A stretch of DNA of 20,000 nt from an uncultured virus (IMG/VR IMGVR_UViG_3300040758_000220) (taxonomy: Duplodnaviria > Heunggongvirae > Uroviricota > Caudoviricetes), in the IMG/VR virus record IMGVR_UViG_3300040758_000220. One strand, written 5' to 3'. The notes under the pieces were generated by a model, which did not search any database, had not been told where the DNA came from, and saw only the letters and a program-made list of their open reading frames with translations. Made by a program: the position numbers and the translations under genes. This document shows, piece by piece, positions 1-7,217 of the stretch (its first letter is position 1; the number at the start of each line of letters is the position of its first letter).

Positions 1-134
1 CGCTTGCTGCGTTTCGCGGCACGCTTCTGGCGGTATGCTGCCGCAACAGCTTGCTTCGCGGGGCGCCCCGACCGAACCATTTCCCTCACGTTGGACCGGA
101 AAGTGGCATCCGATGAGCCGGTTTTCAGCGGCAT
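1..134 (-). CDS. Small basic phage protein (runs off the left edge of the window)
   Basis: ATG at 134 with AAGGT upstream; translates MPLKTGSSDATFRSNVREMVRSGRPAKQAVAAAYRQKR..., resembling the 'MPLKKGxS...NIREL...GRPxKQAVA' small proteins common in tailed phages. Absent from the ORF track because it is partial. Confidence 0.7.
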   Translation of the reverse strand, partial: MPLKTGSSDATFRSNVREMVRSGRPAKQAVAAAYRQKRAAKRSK

Positions 135-140
135 AGCACC

Positions 141-380
141 TTACCCCGCAGGCGGCTGTGTCGGCGTCAGCGAATATGTTTCGCCGGCGTGCGACTTGGT
201 GAGCCGCGCCTCCAGCGCCGCGATCTCCGCCGTGAAGTGGGCGAAGATCGCCTCGAACGGGTTTACCGCGCCGTGCCAGGGGCGAGCTTCGTCGGCCGGC
301 GCCTCGGGCGCCGGCTCGGCGGGCGGCGTTGGTTCGCCCGCCACTTCCGGCAATGCCCCGGCTTCCTCTGTCCCGCTCAC
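141..380 (-). CDS. Hypothetical protein, Pro/Glu/Ala-rich N-terminus
   Basis: 79-aa ORF whose GTG start overlaps the stop of 377-589 (GTGA); same-strand operon packing. Confidence 0.6.
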   Translation of the reverse strand: MSGTEEAGALPEVAGEPTPPAEPAPEAPADEARPWHGAVNPFEAIFAHFTAEIAALEARLTKSHAGETYSLTPTQPPAG

Positions 381-589
381 GGCGTCACCGCCGGGGCTGG
401 GACCGGCAGCAGATACGCCTCGACCTCCCCGGCTCCCTTCACGATATCCGCAACCGAAGGCGGCGGCGTGGTCGGGATGCGTTCGATCACCTTCAGCATG
501 TATTCCAGCGCATACCGCCGGCGTTCCTCATCGACCGTTACCGGCGTCGGCGGGGTTGCCGGGGCGTCTCCGAACAAGGCCATTTTCAT
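377..589 (-). CDS. Hypothetical protein
   Basis: 70-aa ORF, AGGAG RBS just upstream of ATG, coupled to the downstream gene. Confidence 0.65.
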   Translation of the reverse strand: MKMALFGDAPATPPTPVTVDEERRRYALEYMLKVIERIPTTPPPSVADIVKGAGEVEAYLLPVPAPAVTP

Positions 590-610
590 TCTCCTGTTTC
601 AGCCGTTCCG

Positions 611-1183
611 TCATACTCCAACCCGCGCGCCCGGTTCCACCATCCCGCGCAGCCGGTAGACCGAGGACAGCCCCACGCCCAGTTCCCGGGCCGCGATCGC
701 GGGGCCGAATTCCGCCGCCATCTCGCGCACCCGCGCCGGGTCGATCGATGGCTTCCGGCCCTTGTATTTGCCCTCGCGACGCGCCTTGGCAACGCCCTCG
801 CGCTGGCGTTCCAGCATGATATCGCGCTCGAAAGCCGCGATCGCCGCGAGTACGGTGAGTAGCAGCCGGCTGGTCGGATTCCGGGTATCTAGTCGCTCTC
901 CCCCCATCGACAGCAGGATCAACCCGACACTACGGCGCGTCAGGTCGTCGATAATGGTCAGCAGGTGCGCCGTGCTCCGCGCCAGCCGGTCCGGCTTCGT
1001 CACCACCAGCACGTCGCCCGACGCCAGCGACGCCAGGCACGCCTCGAACGCCGGACGCTTGCCGACCGAGGATGCCTGTTCGGAGACGATCCGCTCGGCG
1101 CCGGCGGCGCGCAGGTCGCGCTCCTGCGCCGCGAGGCCGGCAATCTGGTCCTGGGTGCTCGTCCTGGCGTAACCGATAATCAT
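611..1183 (-). CDS. Small serine recombinase (resolvase/invertase family)
   Basis: GYARTST catalytic Ser motif, VVTKPDRLARS, helix E (AAFERDIMLERQREG), GRKP arm and C-terminal HTH (ARELGVGLSSVYR). Confidence 0.96.
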   Translation of the reverse strand: MIIGYARTSTQDQIAGLAAQERDLRAAGAERIVSEQASSVGKRPAFEACLASLASGDVLVVTKPDRLARSTAHLLTIIDDLTRRSVGLILLSMGGERLDTRNPTSRLLLTVLAAIAAFERDIMLERQREGVAKARREGKYKGRKPSIDPARVREMAAEFGPAIAARELGVGLSSVYRLRGMVEPGARVGV

Positions 1184-1186
1184 GCT

Positions 1187-1372
1187 TCACCACCGTAAAT
1201 CCGCCGGCAACAGTCTTGGCCTCACGGATGGCCGCGTCGCAGCCGCGCGCTCCTCCGGGGTCGCGGCGCGCGGCGGGTGCAACCATCTGGAAATGCGGCC
1301 ACCGGGGTCGGTCGCCACATACCAGACCACGAGGCCGATCCACAGACCGAGAGCATATCCCAGGGCAATCAC
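1187..1372 (-). CDS. Small membrane protein
   Basis: GTG at 1372 overlaps the stop of the upstream gene (GTGA); N-terminal hydrophobic helix IALGYALGLWIGLVVWYVA; ends 3 nt before the recombinase ATG. Confidence 0.6.
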   Translation of the reverse strand: MIALGYALGLWIGLVVWYVATDPGGRISRWLHPPRAATPEERAAATRPSVRPRLLPADLRW

Positions 1373-1704
1373 GCCGCCCGCCTCTCCGCCGCCATGATGC
1401 GGTAGACCGTCGTCCGCGATACTCCGAGCGCCACCGCTGCGGCCTCCGGGCCGATCTGTGCCACCTTCGCCTTCACGTCCGGGCGGCTGATGGTCGGCTG
1501 CCTTCCCTTCATCCGCCCCTCGGCGCGCGCCGAGGCCATGCCGCGGCGGACGTTCTCGGAACGGATCGCGCGGAGTTCGTCCTGCATGGCGCGGACCAGC
1601 GCGAGGCAGCCGGCGGCGCAGTTGGGGCATGGCGGCGTGTTCGGACAAAGCCGCGTGGTGGCGATCCTGGCGGCGAGGCGGAGGTCGATGTCGTTCGTGG
1701 TCAT
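1369..1704 (-). CDS. Resolvase-type HTH protein with Cys4 N-terminus and no catalytic domain
   Basis: ATG 1704 preceded by AAGGGA; C-terminus RRGMASARAEGRMKGRQP...ALGVSRTTVYR matches resolvase helix E, arm and HTH; N-terminus CPNTPPCPNCAAGC. Confidence 0.8.
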   Translation of the reverse strand: MTTNDIDLRLAARIATTRLCPNTPPCPNCAAGCLALVRAMQDELRAIRSENVRRGMASARAEGRMKGRQPTISRPDVKAKVAQIGPEAAAVALGVSRTTVYRIMAAERRAA

Positions 1705-1770
1705 GCGTCCCTTATGACGTTGCGTTGGGTGGGTGTCAAGGGGTATCAGATACTCCAAAGGAGACCGCTG

Positions 1771-1782
1771 ATGGCTGGATTG
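1771..1782 (+). pseudogene. 5' fragment (MAGL) of a phage gene split by transposon 1
   Basis: AAGGAG RBS at 1758-1763, ATG 1771. Removing the transposon and one duplication copy joins ATG GCT GGA TTG in frame to CCC GAC ATG... at 7251. Confidence 0.8.
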
Positions 1783-1807
1783 CGGTATTATGTAGCAACG
1801 GGCACCA
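1783..1807 (+). repeat. Left terminal inverted repeat of transposon 1
   Basis: 25/25 match to the reverse complement of 7218-7242; preceded by target duplication copy CTGGATTG. Confidence 0.96.
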
Positions 1808-1861
1808 AATCGGATTGGGCCGGATCGGCCCTAATCCCCACCTACTTCTGGTAGGTGCGCC

Positions 1862-2380
1862 GTGAGCGAGAGGGGGCTTGTTCCAGGGCAGGTTGACCGA
1901 CCCACTGCCAGAATTTATCCATTCCCCCGCATGGCAGCGCCTCAACCCTCTGCGACGGAGGAAGCCGGGAGCACCCCTGTGTCGGCCTCGGCGGCGCTTG
2001 TCGAGACCGCGAGGGAACCCGCGAGAGGCTTTTTGATAGCGGCGCGGCGAAACTTGACTGAACAAGACTTGGACACCCCCGCGGCGCGTCGATTCCTCAT
2101 CGCCGAAATCGAGCGGTTGGATCAAATTTGTTCGGAGCACGGGGAGCTGACTACCAGATTTCACAACCAGAGGGTCCAAATTGCGGAACTGCTGGCAGAC
2201 GGCAAGGCGCAGCGGAAAACCGATTTTCTCTCGAATGTCTGTCTTGCGGCGGGGTTCACCGGCATGGGCGCGGCGCCCGCTTATCTTACCCTAGCGGGCG
2301 GGGTTGTGTATGGTGTGGTGATTCTCCTGGGATCGGCCTGCTTGGCGGCGGCCAGTATTATCTCGAAAGTTCGGAAGTGA
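1862..2380 (+). CDS. Passenger protein with helical region and two C-terminal TM helices
   Basis: 172-aa ORF; hydrophobic segments VCLAAGFTGMGAAPAYL and VVYGVVILLGSACLAAASII; stop overlaps the next start. Confidence 0.75.
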   Translation: MSERGLVPGQVDRPTARIYPFPRMAAPQPSATEEAGSTPVSASAALVETAREPARGFLIAARRNLTEQDLDTPAARRFLIAEIERLDQICSEHGELTTRFHNQRVQIAELLADGKAQRKTDFLSNVCLAAGFTGMGAAPAYLTLAGGVVYGVVILLGSACLAAASIISKVRK

Positions 2381-2757
2381 CGCTCGCGTTCATCAGGATT
2401 GAGGACGCGGGCGATCTTCCTCGTGAGCGCGTCATTTTGAGGGCGCAGGCAGACGTTGACGTTGGGATGTACGCCCTCCTCCAAGGCGCCGCGATTAAGG
2501 AGGATAGTAAGCCGGACAACACGGCGGTTTATGCAGGCGCGCAGGCGAACGCTTTTTGGTTTCCCCGCAAGGAGATAAAGAAAAGCGATTGGGTTGTCGT
2601 TTATACAAAGGCAGGCGATCGGAGCGAGAAGGCCGCCGAAAACGGCCCTACCTCGCACTTCTACTATTGGAGGAAGGGCCGAGTGATCTGGTCTCCTGGA
2701 ACGGCGGTGATAGTTTTATACGCTCCGTCCTGGGAAATAGGGCCGCCGGTTCCGTAA
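2377..2757 (+). CDS. Passenger beta-rich protein, possibly lamin-tail (LTD)-like
   Basis: GTG 2377 overlaps the upstream TGA; pattern ERVILRA...FWFP...DWVVVYTKAG...HFYYW...IW recalls LTD-like domains. Confidence 0.7.
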   Translation: MTLAFIRIEDAGDLPRERVILRAQADVDVGMYALLQGAAIKEDSKPDNTAVYAGAQANAFWFPRKEIKKSDWVVVYTKAGDRSEKAAENGPTSHFYYWRKGRVIWSPGTAVIVLYAPSWEIGPPVP

Positions 2758-2761
2758 TCGG

Positions 2762-3004
2762 CTAAAGGTCCGCCAGCGCCAGCACCGTGATTCCAAGCAC
2801 GGTCAGGCAGGCCAGGAAGAACGTCACGGAGAAGGTTCCGCGCGCCAGTTTGGCCGTAACCGATCCCTCCGTCTCCCCCTCGAATCCGTGCTCCCGGAGC
2901 CGGCGGGCAAGCTCGGCATAGGTCACGTCTGCCCGCTTTAGCTCGGCCTTGAGCAACCGACGCGCCTTGTCGGCCCACTCCTTCTCTTTGGTTGCAAGCC
3001 CCAT
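2762..3004 (-). CDS. DUF6471-like HTH regulator divergent from the transposase
   Basis: W...LLKAELKRADVTYAELARRL...ETEGSVTAKLARGTFS..FFL.CL pattern; GAGGT RBS; such genes are often seen beside IS1595 transposases. Confidence 0.85.
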   Translation of the reverse strand: MGLATKEKEWADKARRLLKAELKRADVTYAELARRLREHGFEGETEGSVTAKLARGTFSVTFFLACLTVLGITVLALADL

Positions 3005-3032
3005 CTGGCTACCTCACTTTTCTGTCCGGACC

Positions 3033-3113
3033 CTGACTAATATGTCAGTTTCCTGTTGACAAAGCAAGGTCAGCATCCTTATATATCTGTCAGCAAGCAG
3101 ACGGATATGTAAG
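3033..3113. promoter_or_regulatory. Divergent promoter region with three 16-bp operator-like boxes
   Basis: TTGACA at 3056-3061 with TTATATAT about 17-18 nt downstream; boxes CTGACTAATATGTCAG (3033-3048), CTGACAGATATATAAG (reverse complement of 3078-3093), CAGACGGATATGTAAG (3098-3113). Confidence 0.6.
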
Positions 3114-4100
3114 ATGTCCCAACACTTCCTCCTCTCCGCCGCCGCTCGCACCCTCTCCCTGGGCGCCGTGCTTCGCATGACCCCCGAGGAAGCCGAGGCG
3201 GCTTTCCGGTCGATCCGCTGGCATGACACAGATGGCAAGCCGGTGTGCCCGCACTGCGGCTGCCCCACGGTATGGGACTGCCGCAAAGCCAATGGCGCCC
3301 CGCGCTGGCGTTGCAAGGCGTGCCGCAAGTGCTTCTCGGTCACGTCCGGGACGCTGTTCGCGTTCCACAAGCTGCCCATCCGCGATTACCTCGCGGCCAT
3401 CGCCATCTTTTGCAACGAGGTGAAGGGCAAATCGGCCCTGGCGCTGTCCCGCGATCTGGGGACACAGTACAAGACCGCTTTCGTCCTAGCGCACAAGCTG
3501 CGCGAGGCGATGGCGTCGGAACTCAAGGGCCTGATGGTGGGCGGACCCGGCAAGGTCGTGGAAACTGACGGCGGCTATTTTGGCGGCTACGTAAAGCCGG
3601 CCAACTACAAGGAGAACCGCCGCGACCGCAGGCTGGCGCAGAACCAGAACGGCAAACGCCAGGTCGTGGTGGTGGTCCGGGAGCGGGATGGGCGCACCCT
3701 GCCGGCCGTGTTCAAGTCCGAGGGCGCCGCGCTGGGGTTCATAACGTCCCGCGTTGCCAAGGGCACCGAGCTTGTGGCCGACGAAGCCGCGTCGTGGAAT
3801 GACCTACAGGCCCGGTTCGCCATGCAGCGGATCGACCACGGGCAAGCGTACTCGGATCGCGGCGTCTACTCGAATGGCGCCGAAGAGTTCTTCTCCCGGA
3901 TGCGCCGGGGCGAGATCGGGCACCACCACCACGTCGCCGGGCCGTATCTGATCCGCTACGCGCAAGAGGCGTCCTGGCGCGAGGATCACCGGCGGGTGGA
4001 CAACGGCCGGCAGGTCCAGGGCGTGATGGGGCTGGCGATGGCTTGCCGGCCGAGCGTGGACTGGTGTGGGTACTGGCAGAGGGCGCAGAAGGCGGCGTAG
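3114..4100 (+). CDS. tnp: IS1595-family DDE transposase
   Basis: N-terminal zinc ribbon CPHC...CKAC, SVTSGTLF, HTH region, catalytic VETDGGYFGG / ADE / NGAEEFFS motifs. Confidence 0.96.
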   Translation: MSQHFLLSAAARTLSLGAVLRMTPEEAEAAFRSIRWHDTDGKPVCPHCGCPTVWDCRKANGAPRWRCKACRKCFSVTSGTLFAFHKLPIRDYLAAIAIFCNEVKGKSALALSRDLGTQYKTAFVLAHKLREAMASELKGLMVGGPGKVVETDGGYFGGYVKPANYKENRRDRRLAQNQNGKRQVVVVVRERDGRTLPAVFKSEGAALGFITSRVAKGTELVADEAASWNDLQARFAMQRIDHGQAYSDRGVYSNGAEEFFSRMRRGEIGHHHHVAGPYLIRYAQEASWREDHRRVDNGRQVQGVMGLAMACRPSVDWCGYWQRAQKAA

Positions 4101-4106
4101 CGCCAC

Positions 4107-4592
4107 TCAGGCCGCTTCCGAGTATTCCTTCACTGGGCCGGGCTGATTGTCCACTAGCGCATCAAATTCCGCGTCTCTCCGTTTCCGAAGCATTTCGGTG
4201 GCCCACCGCATCAGACTGGTGGATGGCGCCCCACGCTTGCGCATCATCTCCAGTTGGGGGGGCACATAAAGGAGTGACTGAGTATGGCGCTCGGCAAGTC
4301 GTCCAAGCGCTTCGCCGCGCCCGGTGTTGGCCCAGGCCCACTCGAAATCGTCCTTGAGGAATTCAAACGGCGTTGCTAATCTGTCCCGCAGGACGCGCCC
4401 CACGAGCCCAGCCTCTTGCTCCTTGAGACGGACGCGGGCGATCAGTCCCAAAACGCGTACAGGACCGTATGTCATCTCGGCGATGACGCCGAGAGGGATG
4501 ATGTGGCCGGCTTCCCGTTGCAGATCGCAATGGTACACGATGCGCGACAGGGTGAGGCGACCCGGCCGGATCGCTACCACGTTGTCGGTCAT
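4107..4592 (-). CDS. Kinase-associated protein (possibly remote DUF3037-like)
   Basis: ATG 4592 with AAGGAG RBS overlapping the kinase stop; beta-rich N-terminus RIVYHCDL...IPLGVIAE and SLLYVPP, reminiscent of partners of HipA-like kinases. Confidence 0.7.
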   Translation of the reverse strand: MTDNVVAIRPGRLTLSRIVYHCDLQREAGHIIPLGVIAEMTYGPVRVLGLIARVRLKEQEAGLVGRVLRDRLATPFEFLKDDFEWAWANTGRGEALGRLAERHTQSLLYVPPQLEMMRKRGAPSTSLMRWATEMLRKRRDAEFDALVDNQPGPVKEYSEAA

Positions 4593-4605
4593 CAAACGCA
4601 CTCCT

Positions 4606-5406
4606 TCAGACGCCCAACACGGCCCGAAGGCCGGTCCTTCGGGCCAGCAGGTTACCTAGTATGTTCGCTCGGAATGGCTGTGGCAAGTAGAACATAGGGA
4701 GTCGGTTCACCAGCCTGGCAATCTCCCCTTCGGGGAGAGCGCATATCCGATCGGCTGTTTCGGCCATCACGTCGGCGTGATCCGCTCCCGGCAGCCCAGG
4801 TCCCAGGAGCGCGACCGGGCTGGTTGGCCCTTTCCAGCTATAGGACATGGAGTGGCCATGATCGTAAAAACCGGTCTGACCTTCCTCGTCAGGGCTGTCT
4901 AAGTTGAAATTGACGTGATCGAGCTTCCGGTCGCCATCGCCGATCCAAGTGTGGAACACCCGCATGGCGGAAAATGTCGGCAGGGCGCCAGACGCCTGCT
5001 GCCCCGAGATAAGGTTCCGCTTGGCAGCCTCATTCCATTTCATCGACTGATGAAAGGCCCAGGCGGATATTGATCGCCCCAGCTTGTATTGTCCTGGCGC
5101 AGATGCGCCCCAAAGGACAACAGGACAGACCGGGAGAGCGAGTAGATAGGCCAAATCGAACGCCAGTTTCTCGTGGGCCGCTCGACAATGTCCGGTCTCG
5201 CCGCCCTTGTTTGGCCCCGGCTTAGCGACGCCGCGCACCCCGCTAATCTTGTTAACGACATTGATGGATTGGGATTCCCCTTCCGGGAGAGCCGCCCCCT
5301 CTCTCCACTCATCAGGTGATGTCTCAATCGTCGCAAACCACTCATCTCGGAAGGACCGTTGAACTACCGAAAATCGTACTGCGGCCGCTGTGCGCCGACC
5401 ACTCAT
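4606..5406 (-). CDS. HipA-like / PI3-4K-fold Ser/Thr kinase
   Basis: VAKP (ATP-binding Lys), AHEKLAFDLAYLLALPV (helix-C Glu), FHTWIGDGDRK (catalytic loop), FYDHGHS (Mg-binding); GGAG RBS. Confidence 0.85.
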   Translation of the reverse strand: MSGRRTAAAVRFSVVQRSFRDEWFATIETSPDEWREGAALPEGESQSINVVNKISGVRGVAKPGPNKGGETGHCRAAHEKLAFDLAYLLALPVCPVVLWGASAPGQYKLGRSISAWAFHQSMKWNEAAKRNLISGQQASGALPTFSAMRVFHTWIGDGDRKLDHVNFNLDSPDEEGQTGFYDHGHSMSYSWKGPTSPVALLGPGLPGADHADVMAETADRICALPEGEIARLVNRLPMFYLPQPFRANILGNLLARRTGLRAVLGV

Positions 5407-5576
5407 GGCAATTCACTCCAATAAAGTGCCCCACGGTGGCATCCCCGGATGTGACAGAAGATAGGTCCCACGCGAGGCACTTCGTCAACTAGATATGGGC
5501 GCGTCTTGCCCTGGTTACCCCCAAGATACGCGATTGTGGCCGACTCGGCACAATCGGACGAGTCGGTCGCCTGATT

Positions 5577-6347
5577 TTAGGCAGCGCCGTCGGACGGGAG
5601 CAGAGAAGCGGCTAGGCGGCTGCGAGCAAGGCCCGCTTCTGCCCTATCGAGGTCGCGTCCGATTTTCGACCGGCACTGAGCCAGAAGGCGCCCGTCAACG
5701 CTTGACGGTAGGCCCCGCCCCATCTCCCACATATCATGAACGGCCGCGACATCGGACGGGGTTAGTCTGGGGGCAAACTGAGAGACGACATCGTCTATGG
5801 CGACTTGGACATCCGTGGCCTGTTTCGTCGTCCCGTCGATCTCGCCCTCCGTGATTTCTGATGTCGAGTAGATGCCCTTCTTGGTGGGAACCGCAAACAA
5901 CATGCCCTTCTGCACCATTCGATAAAGCTTTGATGTCAACTGGTTACGCTTGTGTATTTCCTTAGTGGCCTTGTACAACCCGATCAATATCCTATCCAGC
6001 GATAGGATGCCCCCCGCCTCATTGATCAGATTGAGAATGGCGAACTCAAGCTTGTCGGCGTTCGACACGCTCAGCTCAGCCAACAGTTCCTCGGGAAGGT
6101 CTGCGACGTCCTCCGGTGTCAGTGTCAGCCGCTGGGCCAACCCAGGGCGAACGGCGGCGTGGCCGGCCGTTGCGGCGTCTAGCTCCCTTTGTGCGGCCAC
6201 CAAGCTATCCGCGAGGTTAGCGAATTGACTTGCTGACTGAATATGACGATCATGACGCCACGGCTCCCCCGCATAGCGGTGGGCTAACTTCTCGTGAACT
6301 CCCTGTTGTTCCTTGACAAAAGGGAGATAGCTAACTAGATTGCTCAA
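5577..6347 (-). CDS. Winged-helix-like DNA/RNA-binding passenger protein
   Basis: TTG start at 6347, 7 nt after AGGAG; LTPEDVADLPEELL...GGILSLDRILIGLY...KLYRMVQKGMLFAVPTKKGIYS resembles a winged HTH. The longer ORF-track start runs through the tRNA and is rejected. Confidence 0.8.
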   Translation of the reverse strand: MSNLVSYLPFVKEQQGVHEKLAHRYAGEPWRHDRHIQSASQFANLADSLVAAQRELDAATAGHAAVRPGLAQRLTLTPEDVADLPEELLAELSVSNADKLEFAILNLINEAGGILSLDRILIGLYKATKEIHKRNQLTSKLYRMVQKGMLFAVPTKKGIYSTSEITEGEIDGTTKQATDVQVAIDDVVSQFAPRLTPSDVAAVHDMWEMGRGLPSSVDGRLLAQCRSKIGRDLDRAEAGLARSRLAASLLPSDGAA

Positions 6348-6367
6348 GCTCAGTCTCCTAGATTGAG

Positions 6368-6461
6368 TGGCGGAAGGGGCGGGATTCGAACCCGCGGTAC
6401 CCCGGCTAGGGGGTACGAGGTGTTGGTAGCACCCCGGCATAGGCCGCTCGCCCACCCTTCC
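6368..6461 (-). tRNA. Class II tRNA with serine-type body and ACC (Gly) anticodon
   Basis: Cloverleaf: acceptor GGAAGGG/CCCTTCC, G73, encoded CCA; D arm GGC-GAGCGGCCTAT-GCC; anticodon arm GGGTG-CTACCAA-CACCT; 7-bp variable stem GTACCCC/GGGGTAC; T arm GCGGG-TTCGAAT-CCCGC. Confidence 0.93.
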
Positions 6462-6537
6462 ACGATGCACCGGCACCATTGCCGGCATGTCTTCGTCTTC
6501 TTCCTCTGCAGAACCACACACACTTCCGTATCAATAT

Positions 6538-6615
6538 CGCGAAGGGGCTTGTGCCGTAGCGGTGCAGGCCCCTTCCGCGTTACGAATTATAGGCGAAGAC
6601 GAACCGAATTGTAAG
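6538..6615 (-). promoter_or_regulatory. Putative sigma70 promoter and leader hairpin for the tRNA operon
   Basis: TATAAT on minus strand at 6586-6591, weak -35 (TTACAA) 17 nt upstream; GC-rich inverted repeat 6538-6579 at the predicted 5' end of the transcript. Confidence 0.55.
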
Positions 6616-6756
6616 TAGAGGCGAGCCGGCTCGTGGCCGGCGCGTGAGTAACGCGAATTTGTTCGCATTCCGTCCCATGACGCGCGACTAGATTGGTTTG
6701 AGTCGCAATTATGCGACGCGCCGAAAATGGGAGCGGGGCGTCCGCGAAATGGCGCC

Positions 6757-7173
6757 CTACACCAGCGCGCGCCGCGTCGCCTTCCCCATCCCCACCGTCC
6801 GCGCCATGCCCCGGGCCTGGAGCTTGCCGAACGTCTCCCGGAGCTTGGTCCGCGTCCGCTTCATGGTGTGCCGATCCGGGAACCGGACACCCTTCGCCCG
6901 GAGCGCGCCCAGCGCCATGTCCCGAATCGCCAGCGGCTTCTCGGCCTCGCGGAGCATGTCGATCGCCAGCCGGCGTAGCTCGCCCCGCTTGAAGATCGGG
7001 TTGGGCTTGTGGAACCGGGGCGGCAGCTTGAGGTCGGGGGCGATGGCCTGGATGCGGGCTTCTAGGTCCGCTAGCTTGTCGCGGTAGCCCTGAGCGAGCG
7101 TCTCGGCTTGCTTCAAGGCAAAGTGGCAGCGGGTCCGGGCGCGGCGGAGCTTGGTTAGGTCTGTGTCTTTCAC
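6757..7173 (-). CDS. Basic coiled-coil plus winged-helix-like passenger protein
   Basis: 138-aa ORF; FKRGELRRLAIDMLREAEKPL motif recalls small proteins seen near ends of alphaproteobacterial IS1595 elements. Confidence 0.75.
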   Translation of the reverse strand: MKDTDLTKLRRARTRCHFALKQAETLAQGYRDKLADLEARIQAIAPDLKLPPRFHKPNPIFKRGELRRLAIDMLREAEKPLAIRDMALGALRAKGVRFPDRHTMKRTRTKLRETFGKLQARGMARTVGMGKATRRALV

Positions 7174-7217
7174 GCCGGATATGCTAGAGAATCAGCGGCT
7201 TGGAGGCTTTGGCCTTG

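Noticed and set aside
4..1343. Long alternative-frame ORFs such as 4..819, 329..862 and 930..1343
   Set aside because: Arg/Pro/Ala-rich off-frame translations overlapping better-supported minus-strand genes.
5577..6347. No GGT codon among 17 Gly codons of the gene downstream of the ACC tRNA
   Set aside because: The sample is too small for GC-rich DNA where GGT is uncommon, and the neighbouring kinase gene does use GGT.
6368..6461. tRNA as prophage attachment site, selenocysteine tRNA or amber suppressor
   Set aside because: It lies inside transposon TIRs with no duplicated 3' end or integrase nearby; the acceptor stem is 7 bp; the CTA in the loop occupies positions 32-34, not the anticodon.
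6348..6521. 58-aa N-terminal extension of the 5577 ORF (ORF track 5577..6521)
   Set aside because: It runs through the tRNA (GSNPAPSA is the usual translation of a T arm), and a good RBS plus TTG exists at 6347.
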